Shown: positions 9,531 through 19,470 of the stretch, piece by piece
Layout of the letters: every line of letters begins with the position of its first letter
How positions within the stretch are numbered: position 1 is the stretch's first letter
Assembly (NCBI RefSeq): GCF_900199515.1
Contig: NZ_LT963434.1
Coordinates: 144,057 to 176,056, forward strand
Direction: 5' to 3'
DNA: 32,000 nt
Origin: Massilicoli timonensis
GTDB taxonomy: Bacteria; Bacillota_I; Bacilli_A; Erysipelotrichales; Erysipelotrichaceae
The notes under the pieces: generated by a model
What the model saw: the letters and a program-made list of their open reading frames with translations, nothing else
Told to the model about the DNA's origin: nothing
The model's database searches: none
Position numbers and translations under genes: made by a program

Positions 9531-10129
9531 GATACCTTATTTTCGGTGCCGTTTGCGATGCGGCCGATATTGGCACGATGGCGATAGATGATCAGTACCG
9601 TAAGCAGACAGGATGCGATCGTAATGGAAAGATTATCCTGTGCGATGGCGATATAAAGCGTGGATGTCAAAGATGCGAAGATGCTTGCCAGCGATACCAT
9701 CTTGCCAAGATAGAGCACGATGAGAAATACGACCAGCGGTACGATCACAAATAAGCCATCGCGGAAAGTAAAGATCGAGGTGGACAGTAAAAAGCCAAAC
9801 ATCGTCGCAACGGCTTTACCGCCTTTGAAATTGGCAAACAGCGGATAGCAGTGTCCAAATGCGGCGGCCAGTCCGGCCCAGATGCTCGCTTCCTGATCAA
9901 ATAAAGAACAAAGCGCCACCGCCAGCACGACCTTGCCGATGTCGATAGCGATCACGGCGATCGCCGCCTTTTTGCCCAGTACACGTCCGGCATTGGAACC
10001 GCCGAGATTGCCGCTGCCGTATTCACGAATATCCGTATGATAAAAAACCTTGCCGATGAATAACGCACCGGGAATCGATCCCAATAGATAGCCGATCACG
10101 ACCCCATATAATAAATTGAGTTCACTCAT
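9521..10129 (-). CDS. plsY: Glycerol-3-phosphate acyltransferase PlsY
   Basis: 202 aa. GSIPGALFIGK...GSGNLGGSNAGR motifs, SD AAGGAGGAG. Divergent from parE, as in Bacillus. Confidence 0.92.
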   Translation of the reverse strand: MSELNLLYGVVIGYLLGSIPGALFIGKVFYHTDIREYGSGNLGGSNAGRVLGKKAAIAVIAIDIGKVVLAVALCSLFDQEASIWAGLAAAFGHCYPLFANFKGGKAVATMFGFLLSTSIFTFRDGLFVIVPLVVFLIVLYLGKMVSLASIFASLTSTLYIAIAQDNLSITIASCLLTVLIIYRHRANIGRIANGTENKVSWL

Positions 10130-10155
10130 AAAGACTCCTCCTTAAAACCTCATTT

Positions 10156-10164
10156 ATTTTATCA
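10156..10164 (-). promoter_or_regulatory. Extended -10 element for plsY
   Basis: Minus strand reads TGATAAAAT about 27 nt upstream of the plsY ATG. No clear -35. Confidence 0.35.
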
Positions 10165-10260
10165 TTATTTAGAAAAATAAAAAAGACGCTCAATGAAAAA
10201 GGTTATGTTTTTATCTCATGGATACGAATCATTCACCTTTATGGAAAGTATGGAATTTTC

Positions 10261-10289
10261 TTGCGAAGCAGTTTGAATTTTGATAAAAT
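10261..10289 (+). promoter_or_regulatory. Sigma-A promoter for parE-parC
   Basis: TTGCGA (10261-10266), a 17-nt spacer, then TAAAAT (10284-10289) with an upstream TG (10281-10282), giving an extended -10. Confidence 0.5.
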
Positions 10290-10356
10290 ATCTTGAGATT
10301 GTGCATGCGTTTGTAAAAAGCGAAGCGATTTTGAAAAAAGAAGGAAAAGAGCGTGA

Positions 10357-12290
<1,934 letters not shown>

Positions 12291-12291
<1 letters not shown>

Positions 12292-14771
12292 TGGCAAAAA
12301 AACCGGAATTTGCAGATCATTCCAAGATCATCACGACGCCTTTAGAAGAAATCATGGGCGATCGTTTCGGCCGCTATTCTAAATATATCATCCAGGATCG
12401 TGCTTTGCCGGATGTGCGTGATGGGCTCAAACCGGTGCAGCGCAGGATCCTTTATGCCATGCAGATCGAAGGCAATACACATGAGCACAAATATCGAAAA
12501 AGCGCCAAGGCGGTCGGTATCATCATGGGTAATTTCCATCCGCATGGGGATGGGAGCATCTATGACGCGATGGTGCGCCTTTCGCAGGATTGGAAAAGCA
12601 GGATCCCTTTGATCGACATGCAGGGAAACAACGGTTCGATCGATGATGATCCGGCAGCCGCGATGCGTTATACGGAAGTCAGATTGGCGCCGATCGCACA
12701 GATGATGCTGCAGGATTATGACAAAGAAACGATCGCATGGGCACCGAATTTCGATGATACGGAAGTAGAACCGACGGTGCTGCCAGCTCGTTATCCGAAT
12801 CTTTTGGTAAATGGGATCACCGGTATCGCTTCCGGTTATGCGACGAATATTCCGCCCCACAATTTAAGTGAAGCGATCGATGCGGCGATCTATCGGATCC
12901 AGTATCCAAACTGTTCGTTGGATGAATTGATGGAATATATACAAGGTCCTGATTTCCCGACCGGCGGCATCGTGCAGGGCTTAGCGGGCATCAGGGATGC
13001 GTTTGCAAGCGGAAAAGGCAAGATCATGATCCGTTCTAAGGTGGAGATCGTCCAAAGCAAGACGGCGCAGCAGCTGCTGATTACAGAAATTCCATATGAA
13101 GTAGTTAAGTCAAATATGGTAAAAAAGATCGATGCGATCCGTTTGTTGAAAAAGATCGACGGCATTACCGATGTCCGCGATGAATCAGATCGTAACGGTC
13201 TTAGGATCGTAGTCGATCTCAAAAAAGACGCCGATGCCAATTTCATTTTGCAATACCTTTATAAAAATACCGATTTACAAGTGTCCTACAATTACAATAT
13301 CATCGCGATCGTCAATAAGCGACCGATGCAGATCGGCTTAGCCGCAATGCTGGATGCGTTTATCGACCATCGTCATGAAGTGATCTATAAGCGTTCGGTT
13401 TTTGAACTGAAGAAGAAAGAACAGCGCTGTCATATTCTGGAAGGACTGATCAAGGCGATCTCTATATTAGATGAGATCATTGCACTGATCCGCAGCGCCA
13501 AAGACAAAGCCGATTCCAAAAACAAGATCATCGATCGCTTTCATTTCAGCGACGCGCAGGCGGAAGCAATCGTTACGATGCGCTTATACCGTCTGTCTAA
13601 TACCGATGTGACCCTGCTAAAGGAAGAATATGCGAGATTGCTGAATGAGATCGAGGAACTGCATGACATCATTGAGAATCCGAAGATCTTAAAGAAAGTT
13701 ATGATCGATGAGTTAAAGGAAGTAAAAAAACAATTCGGCGTACCGCGTTTGACGAAGATCGAACAGGAAATCGAAGAGATCGTCATTGATAAAATGGCGA
13801 TGATCGCCAATGAACAGGTCATGGTGTCGATTACCCGCGACGGCTATCTGAAAAAGGTTTCGATGCGTTCCTTTGGCGCGAGCGAAGGATTGCCGGGCAT
13901 GAAGGAAAGCGATCAGCTGATCGGCTATCGGGAAATGAATACCTTTGATCAGATCCTGTTTTTCACAAATAAGGGAACCTATGGCTATACGCCGGTGTAT
14001 GAGATCGAAGATACGAAATGGAAAGAAGTCGGCAGTCATATCAGCTCGATCATGAAGCTGTCCTCACAGGAAAAAATCATCAGTGCTTATGCGCTGAAAG
14101 ACTTTACTTCACATGCTTATGTCATTACGGTCAGCCGCAAAGGCATGATCAAAAAGTCACTGTTGAAAGAGTTTGCGGTTTCCCGCAGCAATAAAACTTT
14201 TACCGCCATGAGCTTAAGCGGTGATGATGAAGTGGTGGCTGCTTTTGTGGCATATGAAAAAGAGGAAGTGATGATCCTTTCGCAAAACGGCTATATGGTG
14301 CGTTATCCGCTCTCATTGATCCCGCTAACCGCCTTGAAGGCAAAAGGGGTCAAAGCGATGAATTTAAGTGAAGACCACATTGTCGATGCAAATGCGGTTA
14401 CCGAGCAGGATGTGTTTGTGATCGTGATCAATGATCAATATCAAAGCAAACGCATCAAGCTTTCCGATATTACGGTAACCGGACGTCCGGCGAAGGGCAA
14501 TCTCATCTGTAAAAAGGTGAAGAGCAAGCCATTTGTTATGAGCGAGGCGATCGCCGTGCCAAGTCATGCACAGATTCATTTTGTCAAAGAACAGATGGAA
14601 ACTTATGAAGTGACGGATTTCACTTTGATGAATAAAGACGCTACCTTCTCAGGCAGCGTAAAGGCACAGGATTATCGTTATCGCGGCATTGCGGAAATTC
14701 ACTTTGCAACAGCGCCGCAGGAAACGCCGTCTCAGGATGTGCATGTGGAAAATCTGAATTTTGATTTATAG
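12291..14771 (+). CDS. parC: DNA topoisomerase IV subunit A
   Basis: 826 aa. Firmicute ParC N-terminal signature GDRFGRYSKYIIQDRALPDVRDGLKPVQRRILY, catalytic Tyr in AAMRYTEVRL, and no GyrA-box. The start overlaps the parE stop (TAATG). Confidence 0.88.
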
Positions 14772-14794
14772 CGAATCATCTGATTCGCTTTTTG
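14770..14794 (+). terminator. Intrinsic terminator after parC
   Basis: Stem GCGAATC/GATTCGC (14771-14777 / 14782-14788) around a short loop, followed by TTTTT. Confidence 0.8.
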
Positions 14795-14894
14795 TGTTTG
14801 GACATAGGTTTTTGGTAGAAAAAGTGTTATGATTGTTTTGTGAAAAAGGGAGGTGTAGGGTTTATGATAGTTGCACGGAAGAAAGGAAAATCGT

Positions 14895-16787
14895 ATGACA
14901 GCGGGTGTTTGTATGGAGAAATTAGATCAGATCTGTAAGAAATTTGAAGAAACGTATCAGGTGAAAGCGATGGCAGTCAGCATTCATCACCATGATCGAT
15001 GTGTTTACACCTATCATGCCGGAGCAAAGGCAGATACGCTTTTTTCTGTCGGTTCGATTTCTAAGATCATGACCACGGTTGCGGTTTTGAAACTGGTTGA
15101 GCAGGGCAAGGTGGAGCTGGATGCGCCGGTTACGCGGTATCTCAAAGAGCTGCATATTCCCGATGAGCGAGCAGGAAAGCTATGTGTATCCATGCTTTTG
15201 GATCACAGCTGCGGCTTGGCCGGAAACTGTTACCAGGGGAAATATGGCAATGCCGTGAATCGCAGGCATTTACAGCAGTGCATCGCTTATGCCAATCAAG
15301 TGCGCTTAAAAGATACACCGGGGATGTGCAGTACGTATTGCAACGATGGCTTTTCTTTGGCGGAGGCATTGATCGAAGCAGTGAGCGGACAAACTTATGC
15401 ACAGTTTATCACAGAGGAAATTTTACGGCCTTGTGAGATGAAGCATACCGATTTTCCGCTTCATTCTCTGCAAGAAGGCAAATTTTTGCATGCGGACAGC
15501 GGTTTTGATTTCGATTATCCGCAGGAATATGTAAATGGCATCGGCTCCGGCGGCATTTACAGCACGGCGGAAGATATTTGTCGTTTTTTTGATCATCTCA
15601 TGCAAGGGAATCTGCTTCACCCTGCTACTTTGGCGCTTATGAATACCAAACATGCGGCAGATCACTGTGGCATCAGCGCTTACAGCGACGCGCGTTATGG
15701 GTTTGGCTGGGATGATGTCGAAAATCCGCTGTTTTGCCAGTATGGCTTAACGGCATGTGAAAAAAGCGGCGGCACGTTCGGCTTTTCTTCTCATTCCATT
15801 CTCTTGTTGAAGGAGCAGTTCAGCTGTGCGGTTACCCTCTGTACGCAGAAAGGCAGTCCGACCTTATTAAATGAGGAGCTGGCGTTGGCGTATTTAAGTG
15901 AGACGATGCCGCTAGTGAAACGGCCTGTTTCAAATAGCTTGCCAAAACCATGCGATATGCGAAAATGGGAAGGTGTATATGCCTATAACAAAGGGATCTT
16001 GCGGCTGCGCAAAGAAATGGATCACTATGTGCTGGAGCTAGATGAAAACGGTACTTGGGTAAGAGCGGAGAAGCTTCACACCGATCGATCGGGCGCACTT
16101 GTTTCAGAAAGCGGCAGTTTGCTTCGTCATCACGATGCACAGTTACGGCTCACTGCGGCAGATGCGCATGTTTATATGGTACTGGTAACGCCGCATCCAT
16201 TAGATTCTGCGTTAAAGCGCCGCTTTGTTTATGCGGAGCAGTTAATACCAGGCGAAGCGAAAAAGACAAAATGGCTGCAGCTGGACGGACACCTTTATTT
16301 GCAGGACGATGAGTGGCTTTTCCAAAGAAAATTCGCCCATCAGCCGCTATTGATCCGCCCGCATCATTTAGAAGGCTATGGCGGATATCTATGCTTGACA
16401 CATCCGCTTTGGGAACAAAACGAGCGGGAAGCGGTCAATACGCTGCGTTTTCCCGGCACCAATGCCGCTGAGATCGGCAATCTTTTATGGATCAATGAAA
16501 AAGAGCTGCAATATGGCATGTATCACTACCGGTGTGCAGATGCCTTGCCATTGCTGGAGGAAGGAGAATATCGTTTTCGAGACGCCAAGGTGCACTGGTA
16601 TCGGATCACGGCTTCTTTCGAGCAGCTGACCTGCTATGGAAATGCGCGTATGATCTTGCTGGATGAAAAAGGGAACGTGCTTTTTGACAGCATTTATATG
16701 AATGGCATTCACGATGTTGAAACGGCTTGCTATGCGGGCATCATCATGGATGAAAAAGCAATGGTAAAAGTACAGCTTCAGGGGTAG
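14895..16787 (+). CDS. Beta-lactamase-fold serine hydrolase (class C / DD-peptidase / esterase-like) with uncharacterised C-terminal domain
   Basis: SxxK (SISK in FSVGSISKIMT), YxN (YCN) and KSG (EKSGGT) motifs lie in the first ~330 aa. No signal peptide. The last ~300 aa have no motif I recognise. The start is ambiguous: ATG 14895 with AAGGA SD, or ATG 14913. The TTG at 14871 in the ORF track is unlikely. Confidence 0.8.
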   Translation: MTAGVCMEKLDQICKKFEETYQVKAMAVSIHHHDRCVYTYHAGAKADTLFSVGSISKIMTTVAVLKLVEQGKVELDAPVTRYLKELHIPDERAGKLCVSMLLDHSCGLAGNCYQGKYGNAVNRRHLQQCIAYANQVRLKDTPGMCSTYCNDGFSLAEALIEAVSGQTYAQFITEEILRPCEMKHTDFPLHSLQEGKFLHADSGFDFDYPQEYVNGIGSGGIYSTAEDICRFFDHLMQGNLLHPATLALMNTKHAADHCGISAYSDARYGFGWDDVENPLFCQYGLTACEKSGGTFGFSSHSILLLKEQFSCAVTLCTQKGSPTLLNEELALAYLSETMPLVKRPVSNSLPKPCDMRKWEGVYAYNKGILRLRKEMDHYVLELDENGTWVRAEKLHTDRSGALVSESGSLLRHHDAQLRLTAADAHVYMVLVTPHPLDSALKRRFVYAEQLIPGEAKKTKWLQLDGHLYLQDDEWLFQRKFAHQPLLIRPHHLEGYGGYLCLTHPLWEQNEREAVNTLRFPGTNAAEIGNLLWINEKELQYGMYHYRCADALPLLEEGEYRFRDAKVHWYRITASFEQLTCYGNARMILLDEKGNVLFDSIYMNGIHDVETACYAGIIMDEKAMVKVQLQG

Positions 16788-16807
16788 ATGATACGATAAA
16801 AAAGAAT
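16779..16807. repeat. Left copy of 29-bp target-site duplication
   Basis: CAGGGGTAGATGATACGATAAAAAAGAAT, identical to 18333-18361. It contains the last two codons and the TAG stop of the hydrolase gene. Confidence 0.9.
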
Positions 16808-16808
16808 G

Positions 16809-16829
16809 TCAAGCGAAAATGAAAATGTC
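16809..16829. repeat. Terminal inverted repeat (transposase-distal end)
   Basis: TCAAGCGAAAATGAAAATGTC matches the reverse complement of 18310-18330 (TGAATCGAAAATGATAATGTC) at 18 of 21 positions. Confidence 0.65.
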
Positions 16830-16839
16830 CCAAAAAAAG

Positions 16840-18240
16840 TCAAACATTAGCACCATTCATTCGGTGCTTTTGTTTTGCCACATAATTGAGATAAGAAGCA
16901 TGTTTCCAAGGATGTGACATAGGCGGTATATAGTACTTTCTTTGTTTAGGTTTCTCATATTGTACATCAAAAGTTTTAGACAGTTCTTCATGTTCAGGAA
17001 TTTCTACCATAACGAAAAGCTGATCAAGAATATTGACATATAAACTTCCTTCAAAGGATTCGATGACCATGGCTGTAGTACCTTTTTTCAAGTATGTCCT
17101 GATTCCATTTTTTGTAACAGGTATGTAATACTTGTTCTTATAGCGTATACAGTGACCGTTGTCTATTTTACGTGTACTCAATACAGCTAAGATTTGATTG
17201 ATTTTTGTGTTCTCCGGTTGCTTTTCAAATACTGTTTTAGTATTATTTAAGGGTAGAGAGAACATGTCATTGAATTCTTTTATGTAGGAGTTTAAGAACT
17301 CGTTGGCTTCCTCTATGGTGGAAATACCTGCAAGTCTAAGTTCAATAGGTAAACGAGATTGCAGGGTTTGGTTCAAGCGTTCTACACGCCCTTTTGCTTG
17401 CGGAACGCTTGAACATTCTAATTCGATCCCTAATTGATGACAGGCATAAGAGAACTGTGTAAACGTGTCTTCTTCATCAGAAGATGCGTTTTTTCTTTTG
17501 TATTCAAAAACAGTACGACGATCTGTGAAGAACTTAGCGGGGATGCCATAAGCAGTGAGTATCTGGTAGGTAATTTGATAATAAGCATTTAATGTTTCCT
17601 GACGATCAAAATAAGCACCCACGATCATACCGGTGGCATCATCGATCGCTAAATGAAGATGGGAGATGGTATCACCAAACCAAAGGTGAGGAGAGGCATC
17701 CATCTGAATCAATTCACCAAAGTAAGCACAACGAGGACGGCGAGGATGAGCATCAGATCTATCTAAGCGTTCAAGTTTTTCCTCGATCTTAACCAGTTCT
17801 TTTTTAGAATTTGATCGTTTCTTATGCTCGCTCAAGATAGATTTCATTTTTTTGATCGTTTTCTTTCTTGCTTTAGGAGAAAGGATCCCTTCATCAAATA
17901 ACCATTTCTTAATGGTAGAATCACTAACAGAAATATTCTCATTCTTCAAAAGGAGTTCAGAAAAATGAGTAAAATTGGCATCATGATATTTAGTACGATA
18001 CAGATCGATCACTTTACGTCTTGTATCTTCAGGAATAGTGGTAGAAGGTTTCCTGTTTCTATTCTTATGGATAAAACCTTCTTTTCCTTCATTCTGATAT
18101 AACAGAATCAAACGATTCACGGTACGGATCGTGCAATGCAATTTCAAAGCAGCGTTTTTCTTGTTTCCGTTGGTATCAACTAATTTTTTAATAATTTCAT
18201 ATTTATATTGTTCTTTCATTCTTAATACAACCTCTCTCAT
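16840..18240 (-). CDS. DDE (rve/integrase-core) transposase with N-terminal HTH
   Basis: 466 aa. N-terminal HTH region (NAALKLHCTIRTVNRLI). Catalytic-type motifs LIQMDASPHLWF, HLAIDDATGMIVG and PQAKGRVERLNQTLQ. Confidence 0.9.
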   Translation of the reverse strand: MREVVLRMKEQYKYEIIKKLVDTNGNKKNAALKLHCTIRTVNRLILLYQNEGKEGFIHKNRNRKPSTTIPEDTRRKVIDLYRTKYHDANFTHFSELLLKNENISVSDSTIKKWLFDEGILSPKARKKTIKKMKSILSEHKKRSNSKKELVKIEEKLERLDRSDAHPRRPRCAYFGELIQMDASPHLWFGDTISHLHLAIDDATGMIVGAYFDRQETLNAYYQITYQILTAYGIPAKFFTDRRTVFEYKRKNASSDEEDTFTQFSYACHQLGIELECSSVPQAKGRVERLNQTLQSRLPIELRLAGISTIEEANEFLNSYIKEFNDMFSLPLNNTKTVFEKQPENTKINQILAVLSTRKIDNGHCIRYKNKYYIPVTKNGIRTYLKKGTTAMVIESFEGSLYVNILDQLFVMVEIPEHEELSKTFDVQYEKPKQRKYYIPPMSHPWKHASYLNYVAKQKHRMNGANV

Positions 18241-18309
18241 ATTAACCTCTCTTTCACGAAAGGTTTATCATATATCACTTTTGGGACAAATTCAATTTCG
18301 TTTCATTAA

Positions 18310-18330
18310 GACATTATCATTTTCGATTCA
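18310..18330. repeat. Terminal inverted repeat (transposase-proximal end)
   Basis: Partner of 16809-16829 (18/21 identity as reverse complement). Confidence 0.65.
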
Positions 18331-18332
18331 TA

Positions 18333-18361
18333 CAGGGGTAGATGATACGATAAAAAAGAAT
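18333..18361. repeat. Right copy of 29-bp target-site duplication
   Basis: Identical 29-mer to 16779-16807. Confidence 0.9.
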
Positions 18362-18389
18362 TGACGAATCGTTTGCTTTATGGTAGTAT
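18361..18389 (+). promoter_or_regulatory. Sigma-A promoter of the rplU-prp-rpmA operon
   Basis: TTGACG (18361-18366), a 17-nt spacer, then TAGTAT (18384-18389) preceded by TG (18381-18382). An A-tract lies upstream. The first T of the -35 is the last base of the TSD. Confidence 0.55.
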
Positions 18390-18395
18390 ATCTAC

Positions 18396-18473
18396 GTTGT
18401 ATGTCCTTTAAGGCTTACAACCGCTCTTAATAGGCAATAAGCATGAGCAATCATCACCTATTGTGGCGAGTCT
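18396..18473 (+). promoter_or_regulatory. Structured 5' leader of rplU (candidate L21-leader-type r-protein autoregulatory element)
   Basis: Two hairpins: GTTGTA/TACAAC (18396-18401 / 18416-18421) and AATAGG/CCTATT (18429-18434 / 18467-18472). They lie between the promoter and the rplU SD. An L21 leader is known in low-GC Gram-positives at this position. Not verified by covariance model. Confidence 0.4.
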
Positions 18474-18498
18474 AAAGAATCATAAAGGAGGTGCGCAA

Positions 18499-18810
18499 AT
18501 GTACGCAATTATCGAAACTGGCGGAAAGCAGATCAAGGTGGAAGAAGGAAGTGTGATCTTCACTGAAAAACTGAACGCTGCTGAAGGAGAAACGGTCGTA
18601 TTTGACAAAGTCGTTGCTTATTCAAACCGTACGACACGTGTCGGTACACCTTATGTAAAGGGAGTAAAAGTAACTGCAAAAGTGGAAAAACAGGGAAAAG
18701 GCAAGAAAATTACGATCTTCCGTTACAACAGCAAACAGGGCAGTACCCGTCGCAAACAGGGACACCGTCAGCCTTATACGAAATTAGTTGTAGAATCAAT
18801 CGAGGCTTAA
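18499..18810 (+). CDS. rplU: 50S ribosomal protein L21
   Basis: [17 protein letters not shown].. is the canonical L21 N-terminus. ATG at 18499 with SD AAAGGAGGTG. The 12 upstream codons in the ORF track are leader sequence. Confidence 0.95.
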   Translation: MYAIIETGGKQIKVEEGSVIFTEKLNAAEGETVVFDKVVAYSNRTTRVGTPYVKGVKVTAKVEKQGKGKKITIFRYNSKQGSTRRKQGHRQPYTKLVVESIEA

Positions 18811-18811
18811 T

Positions 18812-19126
18812 ATGATTGATGTTCGAATTGATCGCGATCATGAGGAAATCGTTTCCGTTTTGATTGCCGGTCATGCCGATTCCGGTACAGCGATGATCGA
18901 TATGGTCTGTGCCGAAGTCAGCGCTATTTCAGTCGGTGTGCTGAATGCGATTGAAGAATTGTGTCCCTCTGCCTGTCAGATACAGATGGAGAGCGGATAT
19001 GTTCACATTGAAGTGATCCAAAGCAGCGCGAAACTGCAGATCATTTTACAAACATTGGAAATTCAGCTGATGACGGTTGAATATACCAATCAAAACTATA
19101 TAAAAGTAAGGAAAGCAGAGGTGTAG
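18812..19126 (+). CDS. prp: Ribosomal-processing cysteine protease Prp (YsxB/DUF464)
   Basis: 104 aa between rplU and rpmA. Catalytic His/Cys context AGHADSG...DMVCAEVSA. Confidence 0.9.
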   Translation: MIDVRIDRDHEEIVSVLIAGHADSGTAMIDMVCAEVSAISVGVLNAIEELCPSACQIQMESGYVHIEVIQSSAKLQIILQTLEIQLMTVEYTNQNYIKVRKAEV

Positions 19127-19130
19127 ATCA

Positions 19131-19418
19131 ATGTTTAAGTTCGTATTAGATAACCAGTTATTCGCTTCTAAAAAGGGTGTAGGTTCCACTAAGAACGGCC
19201 GTGATTCCGAATCAAAACGCCTTGGGGCAAAATTGGCTGACGGTCAGCATGCGAATGCAGGCGCCATCATTTATCGTCAGCGCGGTACGAAAATCCACCC
19301 AGGTAAAAACGTGGGTAGAGGCGGCGATGACACTTTGTTTGCAATGACAAGTGGCATCGTGAAATATGAGCGTTTAGGAAAAAACAGAAAACAGGTTTCT
19401 GTTTATCCTCAGGCATAA
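19131..19418 (+). CDS. rpmA: 50S ribosomal protein L27 (with N-terminal propeptide)
   Basis: ..[40 protein letters not shown]. An 11-aa extension, [11 protein letters not shown], precedes the conserved ASKKG. Confidence 0.95.
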   Translation: MFKFVLDNQLFASKKGVGSTKNGRDSESKRLGAKLADGQHANAGAIIYRQRGTKIHPGKNVGRGGDDTLFAMTSGIVKYERLGKNRKQVSVYPQA

Positions 19419-19424
19419 TATTTC

Positions 19425-19454
19425 AAAAAAGTCCCCGTAAGGGGATTTTCTTTT
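19425..19454 (+). terminator. Intrinsic terminator after rpmA
   Basis: TCCCC-GTAA-GGGGA (19432-19445, GNRA-type tetraloop), flanked by an A-run upstream and TTTTCTTTT downstream. Confidence 0.7.
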
Positions 19455-19470
19455 AGAAAGAAAAGGAGGT

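Larger units (their letters stand above)
16808..18332 (-). mobile_element. Insertion sequence, 1525 bp, IS1202-group (ISNCY/IS1202 family)-like
   Basis: Bounded by a perfect 29-bp direct repeat. Imperfect terminal inverted repeats and a single DDE transposase ORF. Size and TSD length fit the IS1202 group. Confidence 0.85.

Noticed and set aside
1368-10289. Recurrent nonamer TGATAAAAT (1368-1376, 10281-10289, and minus strand 10156-10164) considered as a specific regulatory motif
   Set aside because: It is simply a near-consensus extended -10 (TGnTAnAAT) in an AT-rich promoter context. Three occurrences upstream of unrelated genes do not indicate a shared regulator.
12342-12860. 172-aa minus-strand ORF inside parC
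   Set aside because: It lies antisense to the most conserved part of ParC and has no SD. It is a chance open frame.
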